Assembly (NCBI RefSeq): GCF_000009705.1
Contig: NC_003276.1
Span: 210,001 to 242,000, forward strand
From: Nostoc sp. PCC 7120 = FACHB-418
GTDB taxonomy: Bacteria > Cyanobacteriota > Cyanobacteriia > Cyanobacteriales > Nostocaceae
DNA: 32,000 bases
Reading direction: 5' to 3'
The notes beneath the pieces are model-generated. The model did no database searches and had not been told where the DNA came from. It saw nothing but the letters and a program-made list of their open reading frames with translations. The position numbers and the translations under genes are program-made. This document shows positions 16,046 through 23,856 of this stretch, piece by piece; positions within the stretch are counted from its first letter, which is position 1; every line of letters starts with the position of its first letter.

Positions 16046-19000
16046 ATGTTTGATGAAAGACATTTGCAACTAACTTCTGCTTACGCTTATAGTAGTAAGT
16101 ATTTTATCCGTACTGTCATTTATCCTTTAGCCAAATATATTGATAAATATCTTCAGCAAAAAGCTGAAGATTCTATCAATAAAAAGTTATATTGGGAGAC
16201 TGGTAAACAAACTTATGCTATGAGTCAAGATGGCAATGGTGGCTGGAAATGGGAAAAGTATGATCCAACAGCTAACAAGTTTGTATCTCCACCTATGGAC
16301 GAACAGGGACATACCGCTTCAACATTTGCGGAAGCTGTATCTCACGACCTAAATAAAACTGCTTCATCCTCCACTGTGATAGATAACAATACAACTGATT
16401 CTATTACTCAACCGATAAAAGCTCAAACTGAAGAAATCAATTCTCTTGCCAAATCTTCAGGTCTAAAAATTCAAACTGACAATCAAACCTTTGTTACCTA
16501 TCTCAAAACTAATGGCAAAATTGGCTTTTCACTAATTGATGAGCAAACTAACAAGATAGTTGCCGACCAAGAGTTTATTACCCAACTGCAAATAGATGTT
16601 AATAAATATTTATCCGAATGTTTTCAAACATTAGCAATTAATCCAGAAACCTTAAACGAAGATATTTATAATTCTTTAAAAGATTGTTTAACTAGCTTTT
16701 TATCACCCCAGACACCAACTATTGCCAAAAAAGACAATCAAATTGAAAATAGCGAGGTGAACCAATTAAAAAAAGACATTACTCAAGATATTCCCCAGTC
16801 CCCCGAACATATAGATCCACCGCATTGGCAAGAACTAGTAGTCGGTAGTGCGATCGCTCCTGGCATTGCCTCCATGAATTTTGAATCTTTGCACTTTAAT
16901 CAGGCAAGAGGAGTACATGAAGCGTGGGATTTATTGATGACCAGCGACAAAATACCACGTACAAATACGGGTAGAGTCTCTGGAGGAATATTAAAAGCAT
17001 ATTCCTATTTAGATAATACAGATGGCTGGTGGTGTAATGCTGGCATAGATCCCAGACATTTTCAAAATTTAACCCCTGGTGAAACTGCCAACACTAAAGA
17101 ATGGGGGTGTTATAAACCAGATAAGCCAAGACCGAAAACCGAGAAAAAAGATGGGTTAAGTCTAGTGGTTCCGGGTAAATTCACCAAATATGAACATCCA
17201 CTAGGCACTGAAAAAAGTATTTTTTTGTTAGATGTCCCAGACAAGATTGCCCAAAATATTTACTCAAAGGCTGGAGTAAACCCCACAGATAGCGAGCGCA
17301 CAAGTGGATTTTGGTATTGCGTATGGAAACATAATATTCCTGTCACAATTACTGAGGGTGCAAAGAAAGCGGCTAGTCTGTTAAGCCAAGGTCATGCTGC
17401 CATTGGGTTAGCGGGAATTAACGGCGGCTACTATAAAACTAAGAAACTGGAAAATCCCATTGACAATGAAATTAAACCCAATGTTACTGAATCCGATGCT
17501 GTAATTGAATTACTGGAAATTGAGTCCGACGAAGTTGAGGTGGTTGATGAAAATCAAGCAGACAACGCTCAACCTCAAGGTCATCCTACTCACTTTTTGC
17601 ATCCTGAGTTAGCAGTTTTTGCCACAAAGGGGCGAGACTTCAAAATCTGCTTTGACTTTGACACTAAACCTGAAACCAAAAGAAATGTTGATGCTGCCAC
17701 CTTACGTACTGGACAATTACTAGAGGCGACTGGTGGCAAGGTGAGTGTCATTTCTCTACCAGGGCCAGATAAAGGTGTAGATGATTTTATTGTCGAGAGA
17801 GGGCGTGAAGCTTTTGACCAATTGCTTGCCCAATCCTTACCCTTAGAACAATGGAATGATAAGTGCCATCTAGAATTACGCTCAACTATCAAGCTCAAAG
17901 ATGGCACAACCAAGACCGTAGGGGATAAAAATCAGACTGTGGCAATCTCACAGGATAATGTCGCCCTCCAAACACCAATTAACCAATCTCCGCAAGAAAA
18001 TTTAATTGCTCAAATACTTTCGGAGCCTGTTGATCTACCAGCACAACAAAATAAATCTCCTGATGAAAGTCCCAAAATACCTGCATCTGAATTAAATATT
18101 TCGCCATGTAATTTTCAAATTGAAACTTCTTCACCGTCTGCCGAATCTAGTCAATTACAACATCAATCTACCCAGAAAAATACTCATCCTTCATCACTAG
18201 CTCAATCAAAACAACAGCAATCTAACAACAATGCTGCCCCTCACTCTCAACAACAGCAATCTCCACCATCTAATACTACAAATATGCACTCCTCTTCAAC
18301 CAATTCCACAACCCAAAACCAACAAATTCCTCAGCAACAAGAAACTGATGATAAGCGAAGTTGGTTTCCTTGGAAGAGAAAACCAATTATGGAAACTCCT
18401 CTTCCAGAAATTCCTCATTGGGCTAAAACACAGGACGTTACTCTTTATAAACAAAACTTCCAACGACGAAAACTCCACCATCAAGAGAATCAAGCGATCG
18501 CAACTGTAGCTGTGGCGCTCGTCAAGAAATACGGTGTCAAAAACAACGAATCGGGCAAAGAGCTAACTTATGTTGCTGATGCTTTCGTTATTCAAAAAAA
18601 AGGGGAAGATTACACTATTTCCCGTCGCCACGATGGTAAGGAGTTGATGAGCTTCATGGCGGATCGTTGGGGTGGAGTGAACAGAGTCAATCTAGGTCAA
18701 GACTTTAATACCAAAAATTACCCCATTAATATCCTACCTATTGAAAGACAAGAATTTTTATTAGTTGCTGACCACCTCAAAGGGGGTAAAGAATTACCAT
18801 CACTTGATGATGACCCACGCAAGCTTGCTTCTGTCTTGAGTTCGGTTTCACCTAGCGGCACACACAATATTTTAGAAAATTTTAAGCAATCCCAACTGTT
18901 GCAAATCATGATGGGAACTATCCGCAATTTTGAGAAAGACGACTTAACTTTAGCTAATTACCGCATTCTTTTTCGGCAAGGCACAGGCGGAAAATCTACA

Positions 19001-19729
19001 CTACAGTTATTCAAAGCTGAACAAAATGGTCTGATTACAAGGGAAGCTGTTCGGTTTGAATTTGAGCGTACTCCAACTGGTATGACTCATCAAGTTAAAA
19101 AAATGGCCATCAATGAAGCTGACTTGGAAAAGTTAAGTTTGCTAGCACAGAAACTACATATTAATTACAAAGCTTTGTTTGGCGACCCCAATACTAGCCG
19201 TGACATTGATTTGCCTATTCACCCTGCCATTAAGAGTCAATTAGATAAATTAACTCCCCCTCAACCTCAAGATCATCCCTCTCCCACCTCTGCATCAGTT
19301 GATTCTTTAATATCAACCAAGCAAGAGAGCAGGGGGAGAGGAGAAGCAGGGGAAGAAATAAGAGCAGGGGGGGATTTTACTAACATTTCCTCCCCAGCCT
19401 CCCCTGCTTCCCCAGCCTCCCCTGATGCGGATCAGTCTTTGTCGGATTTGCTCTCCAAACTAGAAAAGACTGGTAAACTTACTATTGGCGAACAACGTCA
19501 GATTTACCATGAACTACTTATCAAAAGTCAGCTTCAACAAGAAAATAATGGTACAACTGATATTTCCCTTCCTCCCATCAACATAGTTCTTGACGATTTA
19601 ATTAAACAGCGTCAGCTTCTTATTAACGATACTTATTCTGCCAAAGTTGAAGTTGTTTCCCAACAATCTCCACAACAACACACTCCACAACAATCTGTAG
19701 CGACTAATTCACCAGAATTAGAATTTTAA
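16046..19729 (+). CDS. Large DUF3854/Toprim-domain protein (primase-like) with low-complexity linker and unknown C-terminal domains
   Basis: aa 258-600 are paralogous to the N-terminal domain of the 27692-31354 protein: ELVVGSAIAPGI / ELAVGSAIHPSL; TEGAKKAA / CEGEKKAA; FDFD / FDYE; LPGPDKGVDDF / LPGPEKGVDDF. No P-loop seen. Confidence 0.8.
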   Translation: MFDERHLQLTSAYAYSSKYFIRTVIYPLAKYIDKYLQQKAEDSINKKLYWETGKQTYAMSQDGNGGWKWEKYDPTANKFVSPPMDEQGHTASTFAEAVSHDLNKTASSSTVIDNNTTDSITQPIKAQTEEINSLAKSSGLKIQTDNQTFVTYLKTNGKIGFSLIDEQTNKIVADQEFITQLQIDVNKYLSECFQTLAINPETLNEDIYNSLKDCLTSFLSPQTPTIAKKDNQIENSEVNQLKKDITQDIPQSPEHIDPPHWQELVVGSAIAPGIASMNFESLHFNQARGVHEAWDLLMTSDKIPRTNTGRVSGGILKAYSYLDNTDGWWCNAGIDPRHFQNLTPGETANTKEWGCYKPDKPRPKTEKKDGLSLVVPGKFTKYEHPLGTEKSIFLLDVPDKIAQNIYSKAGVNPTDSERTSGFWYCVWKHNIPVTITEGAKKAASLLSQGHAAIGLAGINGGYYKTKKLENPIDNEIKPNVTESDAVIELLEIESDEVEVVDENQADNAQPQGHPTHFLHPELAVFATKGRDFKICFDFDTKPETKRNVDAATLRTGQLLEATGGKVSVISLPGPDKGVDDFIVERGREAFDQLLAQSLPLEQWNDKCHLELRSTIKLKDGTTKTVGDKNQTVAISQDNVALQTPINQSPQENLIAQILSEPVDLPAQQNKSPDESPKIPASELNISPCNFQIETSSPSAESSQLQHQSTQKNTHPSSLAQSKQQQSNNNAAPHSQQQQSPPSNTTNMHSSSTNSTTQNQQIPQQQETDDKRSWFPWKRKPIMETPLPEIPHWAKTQDVTLYKQNFQRRKLHHQENQAIATVAVALVKKYGVKNNESGKELTYVADAFVIQKKGEDYTISRRHDGKELMSFMADRWGGVNRVNLGQDFNTKNYPINILPIERQEFLLVADHLKGGKELPSLDDDPRKLASVLSSVSPSGTHNILENFKQSQLLQIMMGTIRNFEKDDLTLANYRILFRQGTGGKSTLQLFKAEQNGLITREAVRFEFERTPTGMTHQVKKMAINEADLEKLSLLAQKLHINYKALFGDPNTSRDIDLPIHPAIKSQLDKLTPPQPQDHPSPTSASVDSLISTKQESRGRGEAGEEIRAGGDFTNISSPASPASPASPDADQSLSDLLSKLEKTGKLTIGEQRQIYHELLIKSQLQQENNGTTDISLPPINIVLDDLIKQRQLLINDTYSAKVEVVSQQSPQQHTPQQSVATNSPELEF
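19329..19424 (+). mobile_element. Small palindromic dispersed-repeat (SDR/MITE-like) insertion, in-frame within the CDS
   Basis: Imperfect hairpin, for example GAAGCAGGGGA 19343-19353 paired with TCCCCTGCTTC 19400-19410. Homologous to 27926-28009 in the same orientation relative to the host gene. Encodes GEAGEEIRAGGDFTNISSPASPASPASP. Confidence 0.6.
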
Positions 19730-19736
19730 TTAACCG

Positions 19737-20537
19737 TTGTTCACCACATTTATGCCTAGCTTAGTATCGTCTTCAATCACTACCATCAACCGCGACAGTG
19801 GACTTTCTGACAACCAACTTGCCTATAGACTAGCGCTGATGATGGAAAAATATCCCCCCTCGCCGTCAATAACCCCAACCCCCGCACTGGACACCACAGA
19901 GCGCGAGAGTATTATGGCCGAGATGAGAAATACTCTATCTCTTACGCAAAATGCTCAAAGTGCTGAAGATTACAGGCAAAGTCTTAAGGAAAAATACCTT
20001 AAAGAGTACGCCCAAAAATTTGGCTTAAATAAATCTGAACAAACAACTGATATATCCAAATCCACAAGAGTTGAAAATTTAATAGCCCAGAAGAAAAAGA
20101 CTTTCTTACAGGAGATATTACAGTCTAAAGAACGCAAGTTACCTTTTGTTGATCACCAAACATCTACACCAAAGCAAAGCGAAAATCATGAGGTTGCTAA
20201 AAAATCTCTTATTCCCGCATTGATGAATATTCTCATGACCAAAGGACAAGACACTATTGGCGGCCGCATTTATGAGGGGATCTCTTATCGACTAAATCTC
20301 ATGATGAGAGAAGGGATGCAACGTCTGACTGTTTGGCGTAAAAGTGATAATCAAACGGCTTTTAGCGCTTATAAAGTTGATAGCAAGGAAGAATACAACG
20401 TTGTACACAATAACCTTTCACCGCAAGAAACACAAAAGCTGATCAATTTCGATATGAGACAGCAGCAGCAGCAACAAAAGTCACCACCACAGCAACAACA
20501 AAACGACCACTCTTCTGACGGCCCAGAGTTGGAATAA
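19737..20537 (+). CDS. Hypothetical protein; its C-terminal tail is paralogous to that of the upstream 1227-aa protein
   Basis: 266 aa, starting at TTG 19737 or ATG 19752. It ends QQQQKSPPQQQQNDHSSDGPELE, whereas the upstream protein ends QQSPQQHTPQQSVATNSPELEF. Confidence 0.55.
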   Translation: MFTTFMPSLVSSSITTINRDSGLSDNQLAYRLALMMEKYPPSPSITPTPALDTTERESIMAEMRNTLSLTQNAQSAEDYRQSLKEKYLKEYAQKFGLNKSEQTTDISKSTRVENLIAQKKKTFLQEILQSKERKLPFVDHQTSTPKQSENHEVAKKSLIPALMNILMTKGQDTIGGRIYEGISYRLNLMMREGMQRLTVWRKSDNQTAFSAYKVDSKEEYNVVHNNLSPQETQKLINFDMRQQQQQQKSPPQQQQNDHSSDGPELE

Positions 20538-20538
20538 A

Positions 20539-20781
20539 CTACTGAAAATAACCTATAAACAACCCCAGGAAATACACACTTATCAAGACATAACGCTTTG
20601 TTACACGCTCAAATTGTGACCAGGGCGAGATAATGACAGCTAATACTATATAAAACAGAGCTTGTAGAAAATCATTGTGTCCCAGTTTGATGATTGCTGC
20701 TATCATCAAAGCCACAAAAATTAGAAACTCCACTGCTGTTTCAATCCTGTCCCACAGTTTCACATCATATAGGTAACGCAT
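20539..20781 (-). CDS. Small (80 aa) multi-TM membrane protein, translationally coupled to the histidine kinase
   Basis: Hydrophobic helices VEFLIFVALMIAAII, ALFYIVLAVIISPW and VLISVYFLGLFIGYF. Its start overlaps the kinase 3' end by 17 nt. Confidence 0.5.
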   Translation of the reverse strand: MRYLYDVKLWDRIETAVEFLIFVALMIAAIIKLGHNDFLQALFYIVLAVIISPWSQFERVTKRYVLISVYFLGLFIGYFQ

Positions 20782-21526
20782 CTTGTCTCCTGGGTGATTT
20801 AGGGGGCATCATACCATCAACCCCATATATCCCGTCATCTTTGTAAGGAAATATGATGGTGAATTTCGTTCCTTGTTTGACTACCGAATCTACTCTCATA
20901 CTCAATCCATGAGCATGAGCCACGCATAAGGCGATGTACAGTCCAAGCCCCATCCCTGATTGATGTAATAAATTGCTATTTGGCGATGGCGTTCCGCCCA
21001 CCGTAGGTGATCGCCATAGTGGAATAAATATATTTGATAGTTGGTCTGTAGCAATTCCTATACCCGTGTCTTCAATTTCGATCACTAAATCATCTTCTTG
21101 ATTAAGCAGTCTTAAAAAGATATCTCCTCGTCTAGTGTACTTAATAGCATTTGTCACTATATTACATAGCATTCTGTCAATACTTATACTGTCACCCCGT
21201 ACTTGCGTTCCATGCTTGTATGATGATTGCGTTTCATAGTGCATTTTCAACGAATGATACTGCGCTATTGGCTGGAATAAAGAAGAAGTTTTTTGTAAAA
21301 AACTCAACATATCAAATTGGGCTAACGCGACTGGTTTCACTTCCCCAGAGACTTTGTTAGCTTCAAGCAAATTCATACCCCGGTCATTAGTATCTCGTAA
21401 GGCCAAGAGAAATGGTCTGATTTCTTCTAGAGAGTATCCATAAGCACCATCAATTAACTGATTTGCAATCAACGATATTCCTTTCAACGAATTTGACACA
21501 TCGTGCAGTAAAGCTAATATATCCAA
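20765..21526 (-). CDS. Sensor-less histidine kinase (DHp + HATPase_c only), possibly N-terminally truncated
   Basis: H-box LLHDVSNSL with the His at residue 8, N-box NIVTNAIKYT, G1 IEDTGIGI, G2 GMGLGLYIA. TTG start with an in-frame TAA 9 nt upstream. No TM or sensor domain. Confidence 0.8.
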   Translation of the reverse strand: MDILALLHDVSNSLKGISLIANQLIDGAYGYSLEEIRPFLLALRDTNDRGMNLLEANKVSGEVKPVALAQFDMLSFLQKTSSLFQPIAQYHSLKMHYETQSSYKHGTQVRGDSISIDRMLCNIVTNAIKYTRRGDIFLRLLNQEDDLVIEIEDTGIGIATDQLSNIFIPLWRSPTVGGTPSPNSNLLHQSGMGLGLYIALCVAHAHGLSMRVDSVVKQGTKFTIIFPYKDDGIYGVDGMMPPKSPRRQDALPI

Positions 21527-21596
21527 CTGTTTGCTTAAAACTTCCTATTGCATAACTATACTACCAGCGAAAGATTGTTATTTTTGCTACTTTTAT

Positions 21597-21616
21597 GACT
21601 GAATGCTAATTCAGTC
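21597..21616. promoter_or_regulatory. 8-4-8 palindrome GACTGAAT-gcta-ATTCAGTC in the kinase/regulator divergent intergenic region
   Basis: Read directly. Location and dyad symmetry suit a dimeric HTH regulator site, but no functional evidence exists. Confidence 0.25.
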
Positions 21617-21825
21617 TAGAAATTTTAGAATCTTTTTATTTTACCCATCAAAAAAATTCATCCAATCCAGTTTTAATCCTAAAAACCTTTCTTCTTCTAT
21701 TTACCAAGAATTTTTCTTACTTGCTTATATTTTATATTTACATACACAAAAAGTAAAATACTTTACCTCAATAACCATGTTATAAATATTTAAGTATCTT
21801 ACAGTCGAAGTAATTAAAACCCTAT

Positions 21826-22482
21826 ATGATTCGATTAGTAATTATTGAGGATGAGGAATTAATCCGACTAGGAATAACTACTGCTATCAATCAACAACCA
21901 GATATGCAAATGGTAGGAATTGCTCGGACTGGTCATCAAGGCATTAAACTCGTTGAGGAATTAGCTCCTGATGTGGTTTTAGTCGATATTGGCTTGCCTG
22001 ACATCTCTGGGGTTGAAGTCATTAAGCAAATCAAAGCCAATACAAGCAACATTAAGATTGTTGTTCTTTCTTCTTATTATGCTCAAAGTATTGTCCAGTC
22101 TGCTTTAAATGTGGGGGCTGATTCTTACATTCTTAAGAAGAATAATGTTCCTCTGATCTTAGAGTCCATTAAAACTACCTTCTACGATTGCAAGTCTTTT
22201 TTAGACCCTGATATTAGCCGACATAATTTTTTTTTCCAACAGAAAATTAAGGGGAAGACTTACCAAGATCATCTTAGTAACACTGAGATGCAAATTATTT
22301 CTTTGATGGCGGCTGGTTTTTCTAATAAGCATATTGCCGAGCAGTTATTCATTACTCAAAGCACTGTCAAAGGGCATATAAACAAGATTTTTGCTAAGTT
22401 AGATGTTGCCGATCGCGTCAATGCTCTGATTGTAGCCAGTAAACTTGGCTACATCGAACAGGATTACCTCAAGGTCAGTTAA
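21826..22482 (+). CDS. NarL/FixJ-family response regulator (REC + LuxR-type HTH)
   Basis: Receiver motifs IIEDEE, VVLVDIGLPD (phospho-acceptor Asp), VVLSS and ILKK. The C-terminal LSNTEMQIISLMAAGFSNKHIAEQLFITQSTVKGHINKIFAKL is a LuxR/GerE HTH. Confidence 0.9.
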   Translation: MIRLVIIEDEELIRLGITTAINQQPDMQMVGIARTGHQGIKLVEELAPDVVLVDIGLPDISGVEVIKQIKANTSNIKIVVLSSYYAQSIVQSALNVGADSYILKKNNVPLILESIKTTFYDCKSFLDPDISRHNFFFQQKIKGKTYQDHLSNTEMQIISLMAAGFSNKHIAEQLFITQSTVKGHINKIFAKLDVADRVNALIVASKLGYIEQDYLKVS

Positions 22483-23079
22483 TTACTCATCTATTTCAAT
22501 CAAGCAATAGCCTTTGATTTTACTCTGCTGTGTTTGGCAAGCTTTAATTAATGCTTGATTTTTCAAGATTATTTCATACATCTGTTGACCCTCTTGGGAC
22601 TTTGCCCATTGGAGAATCTTGAGATCATTACGTGATACTACTACTGACTGATTTGTTCCTAAGTTGGAAACAACATTCCATGTTGTCAATGAACCTAACA
22701 AGGTACTGCCAGCCGCCACTAATCCACACACAAGAGATACTGTCCCTAACCTCCAGCCTCCCTGCACTTTTATATCTGTATTGCTGCTAGGCTTAATGTT
22801 TTTCATCTCATCCCGTACTGCACTAGAGACAACTGTATAGTGCATTTTTTCGGCTGATTGAGTTGTTTTTTCCAGTTTTTGATCTATCATTACCGCCCAA
22901 GCGTCTATCATTGCCTCCGTTCTTGCCTGGAGGTCTATCATCGTTTCTTCATATCTACCTAACGTCGCCATCATCCTGAACATTGGATCATCTGGCGTAA
23001 TTCCTAATTGATATGCGCCTTCAACTATACGTTCTTGTTCTGCAAAGGAATAGCCCTGTAATATGTCTTGTTGCGTCAT
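22483..23079 (-). CDS. Hypothetical bitopic membrane protein (last gene of the ParA-like operon)
   Basis: 198 aa. Helical N-terminal domain, one TM segment (LGTVSLVCGLVAAGSTLLGSL) and a C-terminal part of about 60 aa with two Cys. Its start codon shares 1 nt (23079) with the upstream gene's stop codon. Confidence 0.55.
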   Translation of the reverse strand: MTQQDILQGYSFAEQERIVEGAYQLGITPDDPMFRMMATLGRYEETMIDLQARTEAMIDAWAVMIDQKLEKTTQSAEKMHYTVVSSAVRDEMKNIKPSSNTDIKVQGGWRLGTVSLVCGLVAAGSTLLGSLTTWNVVSNLGTNQSVVVSRNDLKILQWAKSQEGQQMYEIILKNQALIKACQTQQSKIKGYCLIEIDE

Positions 23080-23780
23080 TAATCTAATCCTAAATAACTA
23101 ATAGCCAAGTTGTCCTTTATCACTGAAATCTGAAATTTTTTTATCCATTGATAAATGAAGCTTCTCAAAAATAAAATTAGTGAAATATCGTGACAACATT
23201 CCGAATAAGGCTTCACTAATTTATCCATCATTTGATAATGATTTCGGTGTAGCAATAGTAATTCTATTTCTGTTCCTCCTATTATTGATATCTTTTTTTG
23301 TATTTTCTTATCGTACTCTCTAAATTCTGGAGAGAAATGATAATTCTTAACTACTACATAATTAGCATTATTACTCGCTATTTCTATAATTCGATTTAAG
23401 TAATTTAGGCAATTATTCCTATGAGATATTGGTTGGAGAAATGTTAGCTTCCAGCCAAACCTAACTACTACCTCAAATAAACTAATGCTTTCAATATACT
23501 GACGAATTTTTTCGATATACTGTCCAGGCATATCAATAATAATTATATCTAGCCGAGTATTATTTAATTCATCTATTATTTGGTCAGCCTCATCATTTAA
23601 TAAATTAAAATACTCAATTGGCACTAGATTTTCATAAGCCTTAAATACACCAAAAGTATCTTGGCTGTAAACCTTAGTCCGTTTTCCTTTCAGCATCAGC
23701 ATTTCTAGCAATAATTTGATAACTGTAGACTTCCCTACTCGTGCATCTCCTACGGTTATAATCATTCGTTTTGATGACAT
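23079..23780 (-). CDS. P-loop NTPase, diverged paralog of the upstream ParA/TraL-like protein
   Basis: MIITVGDARVGKST compares with VMITGDKGGVGKST in the neighbour, and ANYVVVKNYHFSPEFREYDKK compares with VDYVIVKNLFYGETEQFTFYDKS. The deviant-Walker-A signature KGG is replaced by ARV. Confidence 0.65.
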   Translation of the reverse strand: MSSKRMIITVGDARVGKSTVIKLLLEMLMLKGKRTKVYSQDTFGVFKAYENLVPIEYFNLLNDEADQIIDELNNTRLDIIIIDMPGQYIEKIRQYIESISLFEVVVRFGWKLTFLQPISHRNNCLNYLNRIIEIASNNANYVVVKNYHFSPEFREYDKKIQKKISIIGGTEIELLLLHRNHYQMMDKLVKPYSECCHDISLILFLRSFIYQWIKKFQISVIKDNLAISYLGLD

Positions 23781-23812
23781 TTTTATTTTCTACTTCTTAT
23801 TTCAATCTGAAT

Positions 23813-23846
23813 CAGAAGTTAGTTTAATTTACTAAACTAACTTCTG
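23813..23846. repeat. Perfect 14-bp inverted repeat between the two P-loop genes
   Basis: CAGAAGTTAGTTTA-atttac-TAAACTAACTTCTG, read directly. No U-tract follows on the coding (minus) strand. Confidence 0.8.
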
Positions 23847-23856
23847 GTTCTTATTT

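Noticed and set aside
17759-17788. A 27/30-nt inverted match between the two Toprim genes (17759-17788 and 30455-30484)
   Set aside because: It coincides exactly with the conserved peptide LPGP(D/E)KGVDDF. It therefore reflects protein-level conservation between paralogs, not a repeat element or recombination site.
21603-21785. 60-aa ORF in the kinase/regulator intergenic region
   Set aside because: It is an AT-rich, low-complexity translation (FLFYPSKKFIQSSF...) within a divergent promoter region, with no ribosome-binding site.
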